Both the position numbers and the translations under genes were made by a program. This document shows positions 54,201 through 64,000 of a stretch of 64,000 nucleotides of DNA, in pieces. Within the stretch, counting starts at the first letter, position 1. Each line of letters opens with the position of its first letter. The notes under the pieces are model-generated. The model worked only from the letters and a program-made list of their open reading frames with translations, searched no databases and was not told where the DNA came from. This DNA is from an uncultured Flavobacteriaceae bacterium. Its GTDB lineage: Bacteria; Bacteroidota; Bacteroidia; Flavobacteriales; Flavobacteriaceae. The DNA is taken from positions 1,884-65,883 of the forward strand of contig CAWJQE010000008.1 of assembly GCA_963844995.1 (NCBI GenBank), written 5' to 3'.

Positions 54201-57200
54201 AATAAGTGTCACCGACTCCGGTGGATGTACGGTTACCGATACCTTTGATATAGTTAATCCTACGAGTCCGGTTGCCAGTATTGATCCGGCTTCAGACTTG
54301 TGTTATTCTTCTACCAGCCTTGCTACTATTGTTGTAGGTGCCGCTGGGGGAGTCGCGCCTTATTTTTACAGGATCAATGGCGGACCAACACAAACTTCCA
54401 ACACTTTTAGTGACCTAATTCCGGGAAATTACACCTTTACGGTAATGGATTCCTATGGATGTAGTGATGATGTACTGTTTACGATCGCTCCAGAATTGAC
54501 CTCCAATGCTGTCCTGAACAAGGATCTGGATTGTACAGGTTCTCCAGATGCTGTAATAGACCTTAATGTAGGTCCGGGTTATGCTCCATTTACCTACGAA
54601 ATAGATATTAATAGTGCTGGTTATGTTGCTTATGGAGCTGGATTCCCTTATACAACTTCAGTTGCAGGAACTTACCAATTCCGTGTTACAGATAACCAGG
54701 GATGTGTCTCTGAATCGAACATCATAACCGTAACCCCGGCAATAAACCCCGTGGCTACAGCTACTGCTATTGACCCAACATGTAATGGGGATGCGAACGG
54801 AATTGCGGAAATAAATGTGGATCCAAATTTTGGTATTGCTCCGTATGTGATCAGTTTCGATGGATCACCATTTACGGCCCAAACCGTTTATACAGGCCTT
54901 GTCGCGGGTACTTATAATTATTCCGTGCGGGATGCCAAGGGTTGTATTTTTAACGATACCGTTACTCTGACAGATCCTGCTCTATTCCTTGCAAACGTTG
55001 TTCCTACAGATGTTTCCTGTGGTGGCGGTGGTGATATCCCTGGTAGAATAGACATCACTATTAGTAGTGGTGGAGTAGCGAATTTCACCTATACCCTGTA
55101 TGATAACCTTAATAATATTGTCCCTGTTACAGGATCAAATCCTATAGTCAATACCGCGCTCACTTCGGTGACCTTTGATGGATTAAATTTTGGAGATTAC
55201 TATGTAAGGATAATTGATGCCAATGGCTGTGAGTACTATGAAAATCCGGTTAGGGTAAGGGCCAATCCTTTCCTAACCCTGAATGCAGGTACGGCCATTG
55301 TAGATTGCCCTACAGGTGGTACAGTAGAACTTTCAGCTGATGGTGGTTCTGGTGACTATACCTTTACTATCTATGGCACGGCTATAGGACCAACAACTGA
55401 AGTTCCTGGTGGTCCATTAGAAGAAATTGCAACCTTTACTGGCCTTAATGCCGGACAAACCTATATATTCCAGGCAATAGATAACGTAAGTGGATGTTCG
55501 AGCTATGTTGAAGAAACTATTCCTACGCTATCGGCTATCGATGTGGTGGCCACTCCTGTTGTTACCGATGTTTCCTGTTTCGGTGATACCAATGGAAGTA
55601 TTACGTTCCAGATCGAAGGTTTTGACCCTACGGTAACGGATATTAATTATAGCGTTCTAGAAACCCTAACAAATAATCCTGCTTCCGGCCCTGGTGTCTA
55701 TACGGGCACAGCTACAGGTCCTGCTGGCGGACCCACCGGTTCTGTAACAATAACTGATATTGTCCCTGGGGATTATATCCTTTATTTCGAAGAAGTTGGT
55801 GGTACTCAGTGTTCTAACACCTATGCCTTCAGGATCCTAGAGCCCACACCAATAAGCCTTTCTCTGGTAGATAATAACAATGCCAATTGTAACGAAGATG
55901 CCCAGGTAACCGTATTGGCTAGTGGTGGAACAGGGCCATATACATACGCCTTTGTTCCAGATGGAGCACCCGCTAATCCTGGCGATTATACAGCCAGTAA
56001 CTATGCAGAATTAGACCCAGCTATTGAATTAAATTGGGATGTTTATGCTCAGGATGCAAGTGGATGTATTGTAAGTCCACATTTAGATGTAGTTATTGTT
56101 GCAGATCCAGAACCCGTTATTTCAGCAGTTGTGTTAAACCAATGTGCTGCTGCAGAAGGTGGATTTATTATTCGGGTTACCCTGGATGTAGCTGGAGTAG
56201 GACCGTATAACATCAGCTTAAATGGAGGAGCTTATCAATCAACCACCTTAACGAATGCAGCTGATTTTGTAGATTTTACTAACCTTAATTCAGGGAATTA
56301 TACCTTTGAAATAAAAGATTCTAACACTTGTGGAAATTTAGTTTCCGTAGACATTTATCCGCCATCTGCTCTTACTGCAGAAGCCCAGGTGCAGCCAAAT
56401 TGTTTTGCAAATGATGGACAGATCTTATTAACCCCTTATGGTGGGTCTGGAGTTTATACTTTTGAACTATTCCTTGGGGCTATAAGTCAGGGAGGTCCAC
56501 AACTATCACCTTTATTTATAAATCTTGCTCCTGGATTATACACCGCCTATGTGTATGATGGCCTTATTGCGGGATGTGGAGCTTTTGTCAATATTGAATT
56601 AGAAGTGCCTGCTGCGGTCTCGTTCACCACTACTCAAACCAATGTTTCATGTTCTGGTGGCGCCGATGGTACCGTAACGGCCATTCTGGATCCCGGAATG
56701 AACAATCCGCCATATGTATATGAACTATATGACAGCACCGGTCTAGTTTTACTAGTCGGTCCGCAAACCAACAATACATTTACGGGCCTTGCTGCAGGTG
56801 ACTACGAAGTGTTGACTAGGTCTTCCCGACTTTGTGAGGCTCGGATACCTATAACCATCACAGAACCACTTCCTGTTGATGTGACGGCTACTGCGACCGA
56901 CTTTGCCTGTGATGCTAGCAATTCGCCAACACAAGCGGTCATTACAGCTGTTGGGGCTGATGGTACCGCTCCATATACCTACAGTATAAATGGGGTGAAT
57001 TTCTTTAGCACAAACACCTTTAACATCAATGATACTGGTGTTGTTCAAAATATTACGGTAACCGTTAGAGATAACTTTGGTTGTACTGATACTGATGTGG
57101 TTACCATTAACCCATTACCTGTTATTACCGATGTAACAATAACCCAAATTACAGCTATTACCTGTGTCAATGATGAAACGGCTAGAGTTACAGTTACCGG

Positions 57201-60200
57201 AGGCTCCGGAGACTTTGATTTTGATCTGTTGCCTCTAGGTTCAATGGCCACCGTATCTCCTGGCGCCGGTATATTTATAGCCGATTTTGACCTTACGGCT
57301 CCTGGCGACTATACTTTCAGGGTAACAGATAATGTAACAGGATGTTACTTTACGTCCGCTCCCTATACCATTGCACCTTATGATCTGATCGAGGCTATTG
57401 CAACAGCTGTGACTCCGGTTACCTGTTTTGGGGATTTAGATGGAGAGCTTTCCGTACAGGTCAACAATTACCTGGGTAATTATACCTATCAGGTATTCGA
57501 TGATACTGCTACGGCTATCACCGGGGTTATTCCAACAGATACCTCAGTGAACCCAAGAATTATATCAGGACTGCCTGCTGGCAATCTATATGTAGAGGTG
57601 ATCGCTACAGATACACCTTTCTGTGATGATCTTACGAATACAATTACTATTGGTTCGCCAAGCGCTCCGGTAGGGATAAGTGTTGTTTCTAACACCAATG
57701 CCAACTGTAATATTGGTGCACAGGTAAGGGTGCAGGGTAGTGGCGGTACGCCAGGATATCTCTTCGCCTTTATGCCAACCGGAAATGTTCCCGGAGGAGG
57801 TGATTATGCAGCCAGTTCTAGTGCGGTCCTTACGCCTGCAATTTACCCTGCGGATTACGATATCTATGTTCAGGATGCCAATGGTTGTACTACTTTTATT
57901 ACTGAAACGGTAGACGAAGATCCATTGCCAACTGTAACTGCGCCTGCTTATGCAACCGACCAATGTACCTCTAGTGGAACCTCTTTTAGTTTCACTGTAG
58001 TAGGAACGGGCGTTGCACCATTACAATACAGCATAGGAGCCGGGTATCAGTCGAGTTCAACAATTACAGTAACTGCTCCCGGAACTTATACCGTTACCAT
58101 AAGGGATGCCAATGGGTGTACAGATACAGATACGATTACAATCCTGCCCGCCTTAAGCTTAACGCCAGAGGTAGATGTACAGCCTTCGTGTGCACTGAAT
58201 GATGGTGAAATTACTATCACAGCCACAGGTGGATCCGGTAGTTACGAGTATGATCTATTAGATAGTAGTGCCATTAGTGTGATAGGTGGAGTGCCACAGG
58301 CCTCAAATACATTCACAGGACTTGCTCCGGACACCTATACGGCTATAGTTTATGATATATCAGGATCTGGTTGTGATGCTCAGGCACCAATAACGCTTGA
58401 AATTCCTACGCCGGTTACCTTCACCTATACAAAAGAAGATGTTTCTTGTAATGGAGGAAGTGATGGTTCCATTAATGTTGTTTTAGATCCATCAAATGAT
58501 AACCCTCCTTATACCTATACCCTGAATGATGGTACCAACCCTCCAGTGGTGCAAAGCAGTCCTATATTCAATGGTCTGCCAGCAGGTTCATATGATATTA
58601 CTGTAACCTCAGACCGTGCATGTATTGATACTCAAACTGTAGTTATTGATGAGCCGGTAATACTGTCGGTTTCAGCTACCGCTACCAGCTTTGCTTGTGC
58701 TGCGGATAATAGTGCTACGCAAGCGGTTATAACTGCCACGGCTTTAGATGGAACTGCTCCATATGTGTACAGTATTGATGGGGTGAATTTCTTCTCTTCT
58801 AATACTTTTAATATTAACGATACAGGAGTTGTTCAGAATATTACAGTAACCGTTAGGGATGATAATGGTTGTACGGATACAGCTCTGGTAAGCATTGATC
58901 CGCTTAATGTATTTACCGCGGCCGTTTCCCAGGTAACCGCAATCTCTTGTGCTAATCCTGAGCAGGTGCTGATCACAATTACTGATGATGGTAATCCGGC
59001 AAATACCTATACGGTTGATGCCTTGCCGCTTGGAAATCCTAATGCGGTCCAAACGGGTACACCTACAAATACTACAGCAGAGTACGATCTAAGTACTATA
59101 GGCACTTACGTATTCCGAATCACGGATAATGCAACCGGATGTTATACAGATACGGCTCCATATGAAATATTGGCGTTCGATCTTATTGATGTTGTGGCTA
59201 TCGCAACAGCTCCTGTTGTTTGCTTTGGCGACTCAAATGGTGCTTTGGAAATTGATGTTACCGGATATGCCGGAACTTACTCCTACGAAGTATTTACGAG
59301 TGCTGCGGTTTCAACCGGCATCACAGGTGTTGGAGATACAGCGGTCAATCCGTTGACAATCAATGGTCTCCCTGCCGGGAACTATTTTGTCCGTGTTACC
59401 GAAACAGCACTTCCATTGTGTGTTGAAGATAGTAACATTGTTACCATATTATCTCCAAGCGCTCCGCTTATTACAGTTGTAAGTGAGGTGGCCAATGTTA
59501 CTTGTACCAATGACCAGGGTGAGATCTTAGTAGATCCATCTGGCGGATATCCTCCTTATGATATCGTATTGACCAATACCACTACGGCCCAGGTTTATAC
59601 TGTAACTGGAGTGAATAGCCAGACATTTACAGGGCTTTCTGCCGGTAATTTCACAATAGATATTACAGATGCAGGAGGATGTGTCCTTAATGATACGGAA
59701 ACCCTTGTTCAGCCTGCGCCAATTACCGCAGATATCACAGGTGCTCCACTTGTGTTAACTTGTTATGGGGACACCAATGCAACAGTTACCGCAATCAATG
59801 TGGTAGGGGGCAGAGGTGTGTACCAATATCAATTGAACTATTACGACCCAACGGGTGCAGTGATCGATTTTTCAAGTGGTGGACAGACCAGTCCGATCTT
59901 TAATAATCTGGGCGCCGGAATCTATAGTATTACGGTATCAGATGGTTGGAATTGTGATGTGGAAACCATACAGGTTACTATAACCGAACCTTCGGATGTT
60001 GAAAGTTCGTTGTTACAGGCTACCCAACTTACCTGTACCAATGATGCTGAGATTACATTATCAGCAACTGGAGGAACGGCGCCATATGAATACAGTACAG
60101 ACAATGTGGTATTCTCGCCAATGTCTGGTGGAAACACTCATACGTTTACTGTAGTTGCGGGAGTTTACCAATATTACGTTCGCGATTCCTTTGGATGTGA

Positions 60201-61707
60201 GGCTAATATTTCCAATCAGGTATCTATAGATCCTATTCCGCCACTAACCATTGGCCTGGATCTTAGTGCTGCCATGATAAATTGTACAGGGGAGGCAACT
60301 GCCACCATTATGGCCGAGGCTACAGGTGGATTAGGAAATTATTCTTATGAATTGTTCTCAGATGCAGCCTTAACAACCCTTTTAGCCGGACCACAGCCAG
60401 ACGGAGATTTTAGTGGACTAATTGCCGGCAGTTATTATATAAGGGTTGTAAGTAGCGATTGCGTTGAAGTGACTAATGAGATCGTGATAACCGAGCCTCT
60501 TCCTCTTCAGATAGACAGACAAGAATTTACCAATGTTACTTGTGCTGGTGAAGCAGATGGTACCATTACGGTAGAGGTATCTGGTGGCACCGGAACTATC
60601 TTGTACGCTATTACACCAAACCTTAATCAGTTCGATACAGAAAACACTTTCGATAGATTGGCACCTGGTGTCTATGATGTCATTGCACAAGATGAAAATG
60701 GATGTTTTATTCCATTCCAGTTCACAATTACCGAGCCTGCTCCTGTGACAGCTACCTTTGTAGCAGATCCTGAGATCTGTGCCGGAAGTGAGGATGGTAC
60801 AATCACTGTAAGTATTACCGGAGGAACCGCGCCTTACAGAACGGCTTTAAATACAACAGTAGATACTGCCTTTGTACAAGACCAGTTCTTCTATTCTGAT
60901 CTGGCTGCGGGCACTTATGTGGTATTTATCAGAGACGCTCAAGATTGTGAAGCTAATGTAATTGTTGTAATAGATCCGGGTGTTAATCTGAATGGTATAG
61001 TTGAGCCTGTATACGAATGTACTGGCGCTGTTCCGGATAATTACCTGAACATCACTATGGATGACCCAACAGTACTAGGATCTATCATGTATGCCCTGGA
61101 TTCAACAGATCCTGCAGACATGCAACTAAATCCAGACTTTACAAATACAGCCCCGGGGTCTCATTATATAGCTATCTCCCATGCTAATGGATGTGTTCAA
61201 ACGATCGATTTTGAGATAGAAAACTTTGATCCACTGACACTAGTGTTGGAACAAAACAATATCAATGAGATTACAGCTATTGCCACAGGTGGCTTAGAAG
61301 ACTATACCTTTATTTTCGATGGAGATGATAACGGTACGGACAATACCTACTTTATCAATCGCACAGACACATTCACTGTTAGGGTGATAGATGCTAACGG
61401 TTGCGAGGTAGAAGCACAGATCTTTATGGAGTTTATTGATATAGAATTACCAAACTACTTTACCCCTGATGGGGACGGAATGAATGACACCTGGATCCCT
61501 AGAAATATGGAGGGCTTCCCGGAAATACTAACCGTCGTATTTGACCGTTATGGTAGAGAACTCTATAGAATTACCCTGAATTCCCCAGGATGGAATGGAA
61601 TGTACCAGGGCAGCATGCTCCCCACAGGCGACTATTGGTACGTGGTGAAGCTTAATGGAGAGAGAGATGAAAGAGAATTTGTAGGGCATTTTACCCTCTA
61701 CAGATAG
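48289..61707 (+). CDS. sprB: SprB-like giant adhesin (~4470 aa), T9SS type B CTD; split by a -1 (~51235) and a +1 (~51975) frameshift
   Basis: Three track ORFs join (FANGEEGDYVFVVVDGNNC; SVSGDEGFFAG). Many SprB repeats (C..G.I....GG..PY.Y...F.GL..G.Y...D.NGC), a DUF11-like domain, CTD PNYFTPDGDGMNDTW...GHFTLYR. Confidence 0.85.
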
Positions 61708-61730
61708 GAGAATTTAACCGAAACACAACT

Positions 61731-62678
61731 ATGCGTAAGTCGATTATATATGTAATCTTATTACTGAGCGCGATGTTCGCCTCCAGGGCGCAGGAGCTTA
61801 CCCTGCCGCAGCTTTCCCAATATTTGGCAGACAATCCCTTTGTGATGTCTCCAACCTATGCGGGTATTGGCGACCATATTAAGATCCGTATCAATGGTCT
61901 AACCCAGTGGGTTGGTATCAAAGACGCTCCAGATACTCAATCTTTGGCGGCAGATGCCAGGATAGGGAACAGGTCTGGATTGGGAATGTTGTTGTACAAT
62001 GACAGTAATGGTGAAACCAAACAACGAGGCGCAAGGCTATCCTTTGCGCATCATTTAACGTTAGATAGGTATGATGATGAGTTCGTTTCCTTTGGGATCT
62101 CCTATAATTTCAATCAATTCCGGATAGATATTGAGAATTTCGATGGGCCAGATCCGAACGTTACCGATGACAGGGCCACCACAAATCACAATTTTGATGT
62201 AGGTGTTTTATACCGAAAAGATAAGTTCTATTTCAGTATCAATGCCTCTAACCTCCTGGATAAGGACCTTACCAATTTTAATCCGGTATTTGAACCAAAC
62301 CGTCTCCGTAATTACTATATCTATACAGGATACAGGTATACCAAGAACAAGAATAGCCGTTTGGAGATAGAACCATCTGTGTTCTTTCAGTGGTTCGAAA
62401 GTGATGGGCGTTCTGTAACCGATCTAAATGTAAAATTCCGTTGGTACGATTTTGAAGATTACTATTATGCCGGTGTTACCTATCGGTTCTTAAATGACCA
62501 GATCGGTAGCCCGCTATATATAGCGCCAATAATGGGCTTAAAAAAGAGCAATTTTTACTTCGGGTATTCTTACCAGATCATTCTGAATGAGATCCTTGGA
62601 TTTAGTACAGGAACACATGTGGTAACCCTCGGGGTAGATCTATTCCAGGGACTCAGCAATTGCCGCTGTACGTACTAA
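61731..62678 (+). CDS. sprF: PorP/SprF family T9SS shuttle
   Basis: SQYL..P...PTYAG, QWVGIKDAPDTQ, FGYSY, GTHVVTLG; directly after a type B CTD gene. Confidence 0.85.
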   Translation: MRKSIIYVILLLSAMFASRAQELTLPQLSQYLADNPFVMSPTYAGIGDHIKIRINGLTQWVGIKDAPDTQSLAADARIGNRSGLGMLLYNDSNGETKQRGARLSFAHHLTLDRYDDEFVSFGISYNFNQFRIDIENFDGPDPNVTDDRATTNHNFDVGVLYRKDKFYFSINASNLLDKDLTNFNPVFEPNRLRNYYIYTGYRYTKNKNSRLEIEPSVFFQWFESDGRSVTDLNVKFRWYDFEDYYYAGVTYRFLNDQIGSPLYIAPIMGLKKSNFYFGYSYQIILNEILGFSTGTHVVTLGVDLFQGLSNCRCTY

Positions 62679-62722
62679 CTTTCTAGTGGTTTTCATTTAC
62701 ATTTGTATCACAAGCAATTACC

Positions 62723-63079
62723 TTGGATACCATTACCCTCAATAACATAAAATTATATGCCCACCACGGATGCCTGGCGGAGGAAACTCTTATTGGCAGT
62801 GAATACCGTGTAGATGTTGTTGTAAAGGCAGATCTCCGCAAACCGGCTTCAACCGACTCTTTAAAGGACACGGCAGACTATGTGCTGATCAACCATATCG
62901 TAAAAGAAGAGATGAAAATACCCTCAAAACTTCTGGAACATGTAGCTCGCCGTATTGCAGACCGTATTTTAAAGGAGATCAGCATAGTGGTAAAAGGAAA
63001 GGTTAGGGTGTCTAAAATAAACCCTCCTATTCGTGGGGATGTATCCTCTGTATCGGTGAGTTATTCATTTACTCGATAA
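62723..63079 (+). CDS. folB: Dihydroneopterin aldolase
   Basis: YAHHGCLAEE, DTADY, LLEHVA, KINPP; TAcaTTTG box at 62698-62705. Confidence 0.95.
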   Translation: MDTITLNNIKLYAHHGCLAEETLIGSEYRVDVVVKADLRKPASTDSLKDTADYVLINHIVKEEMKIPSKLLEHVARRIADRILKEISIVVKGKVRVSKINPPIRGDVSSVSVSYSFTR

Positions 63080-63134
63080 ACAGTTCTTCTTTACTCTTAA
63101 ATTTCCTATTTGAATTATTACTTTTGTAGCAAAC

Positions 63135-63206
63135 GGCATTGTGGTCGAATTGGATAGACAAAGCTGCGCAACAGCTTTTATGGTGGTTCGAGTCCACCCG
63201 ATGCCT
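63135..63206 (+). tRNA. Atypical tRNA-Cys(GCA) with G32:C38 pair and C33
   Basis: Acceptor GGCATTG/CGATGCC + U73; D stem GTC/GAC; anticodon stem AAGCT/AGCTT with loop GC-GCA-AC; T arm GGTGG-TTCGAGT-CCACC; own TActTTTG box (63119-63126). Confidence 0.8.
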
Positions 63207-63232
63207 CTGCTTATACAAGTGCAAAGAATAGA

Positions 63233-63259
63233 CCCCTGGTAATTTAGGGGCTTTTTTTT
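63233..63259 (+). terminator. Intrinsic terminator after the atypical tRNA
   Basis: cccct-ggtaattt-agggg followed by c and T8. Confidence 0.65.
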
Positions 63260-63304
63260 GCGTGATGTTTCCATCTTAATTTCGTAAATTTGCTGCTTTG
63301 TAAA

Positions 63305-63375
63305 GGCATCGTGGCCGAGTGGCTAGGCGCAGCTCTGCAAAAGCTTGTACAGCGGTTCGAATCCGCTCGATGCCT
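63305..63375 (+). tRNA. tRNA-Cys(GCA), canonical
   Basis: GGCATCG/CGATGCC acceptor, loop CT-GCA-AA, AGCGG-TTCGAAT-CCGCT T arm, U73; TAaaTTTG box at 63285-63292. Confidence 0.96.
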
Positions 63376-63383
63376 CTAAATTT

Positions 63384-63411
63384 CCCTGACCAGTTAAGGT
63401 CAGGGTTTTTT
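63384..63411. terminator. Intrinsic terminator between tRNA-Cys and the convergent LysE gene
   Basis: ccctgacc-agttaa-ggtcaggg-tttttt. Confidence 0.8.
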
Positions 63412-63415
63412 GTTT

Positions 63416-64000
63416 TTAGTAATGCTGTTTGCCTTCTGCTTCCCGGATAAGTTCTATTCCTTTTTCTATGTTGAGCTTGTCTTTTGGAAGAAATCCTTTT
63501 ACGATCAACACTACTCCACAAATAGCGAGTATAATCCCGAGGGCCTTTTTTACTAAAAATATTCTTCGCAAAGTAAGCTTGCGCCTTAATTGTTTGGCCA
63601 ATAATATTTTAAAGATGTCAGTGATTAAATAGGCAGAGAGCATTGCCGTAAAGAAGACCACTATTCTGTCTGGATCATTGTTTAGGCTGGGACCTACAAC
63701 TATGATCACTCCCAGCCAAAAAACCAATACACCAATATTGATAAAATTGAGTAAGAATCCTTTTATAAAGAGACCCAAATAGCCCTTTTTCCTGGTCCGA
63801 ACATTGGTTTTGTCATTTAAAGGAGCCTTACTAAAAAGGATGGTGATGGCATATACCAACAAAATAGCTCCTCCAAACACAAAAAGTCCTGGTTGGTTGC
63901 TTAAATTCTCAAGTAACTGAAAACTACTGAAGTAGGCTATGATAAGAAAAAGAATGTCGGCAATGATCACTCCGGCGTCAAATACTAATCCGGCTCTAAA
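63416..64000 (-). CDS. LysE/RhtB family translocator (5' end beyond window)
   Basis: Hydrophobic; G.IIAD, FIKGFLLNFINIGVLVFW; frame open to the window edge. Confidence 0.8.
   Translation of the reverse strand, partial: FRAGLVFDAGVIIADILFLIIAYFSSFQLLENLSNQPGLFVFGGAILLVYAITILFSKAPLNDKTNVRTRKKGYLGLFIKGFLLNFINIGVLVFWLGVIIVVGPSLNNDPDRIVVFFTAMLSAYLITDIFKILLAKQLRRKLTLRRIFLVKKALGIILAICGVVLIVKGFLPKDKLNIEKGIELIREAEGKQHY

Noticed and set aside
51970-61707. Repeats in sprB as a CRISPR array or DGR template/variable pair
   Set aside because: Repeats are coding, diverged at synonymous sites and without spacers; no cas or reverse transcriptase gene nearby.
63135-63375. Two tRNA-Cys copies as attL/attR scar of an integrated element
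   Set aside because: No integrase or cargo between them; both are full length and differ throughout with compensatory changes.
177-63632. Numerous 60-145 aa track ORFs antisense to or nested in long genes (e.g. 177-380, 2633-2875, 19667-20017, 53752-54186, 63065-63274, 63276-63521)
   Set aside because: Shadow frames of well-supported CDSs or tRNAs with no recognisable motifs.

Overview
Chromosomal segment of a Flavobacteriaceae (Bacteroidota) genome, inferred from TAnnTTTG promoters, T9SS/gliding genes and gene order. Two perfect parS palindromes flank mnmG, so the window is probably origin-proximal. 1-16.4 kb (minus strand): AT-rich O-antigen/surface-glycan cluster with rmlBACD, wzx, two Wzy/ligase-type proteins and GTs. 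It includes an unusual cassette (CMP-ulosonate synthetase, HpcH-type pyruvate aldolase, SDR, HAD, 2-hydroxyacid dehydrogenase, Maf-like transferase, SGNH-like protein) with no NeuB/KdsA synthase, suggesting an aldolase-based route to an uncommon ulosonic/ulosaric acid. 16.4-43.7 kb: mostly housekeeping (GH3, M23, tatA, PorE-like, mltD, pgk, holB, mnmG, ybeY, alkB-like, gltX, glnS) plus two 56-aa paralogous membrane proteins missed by the ORF track. 43.9-62.7 kb: sprC-sprD-sprB-sprF-like gliding/T9SS operon with a ~4470-aa adhesin. The window ends with folB, an atypical tRNA-Cys (G32:C38, C33), a canonical tRNA-Cys and a partial LysE gene. Other highlights: related SPOR-like domains on both the PorE-like and SprD-like proteins, and a shared 21-bp-period direct repeat upstream of three loci. 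Several genes carry single-base frameshifts that look more like consensus errors than biology. No CRISPR, IS or prophage seen. All calls come from motif recognition by eye; no searches were run.
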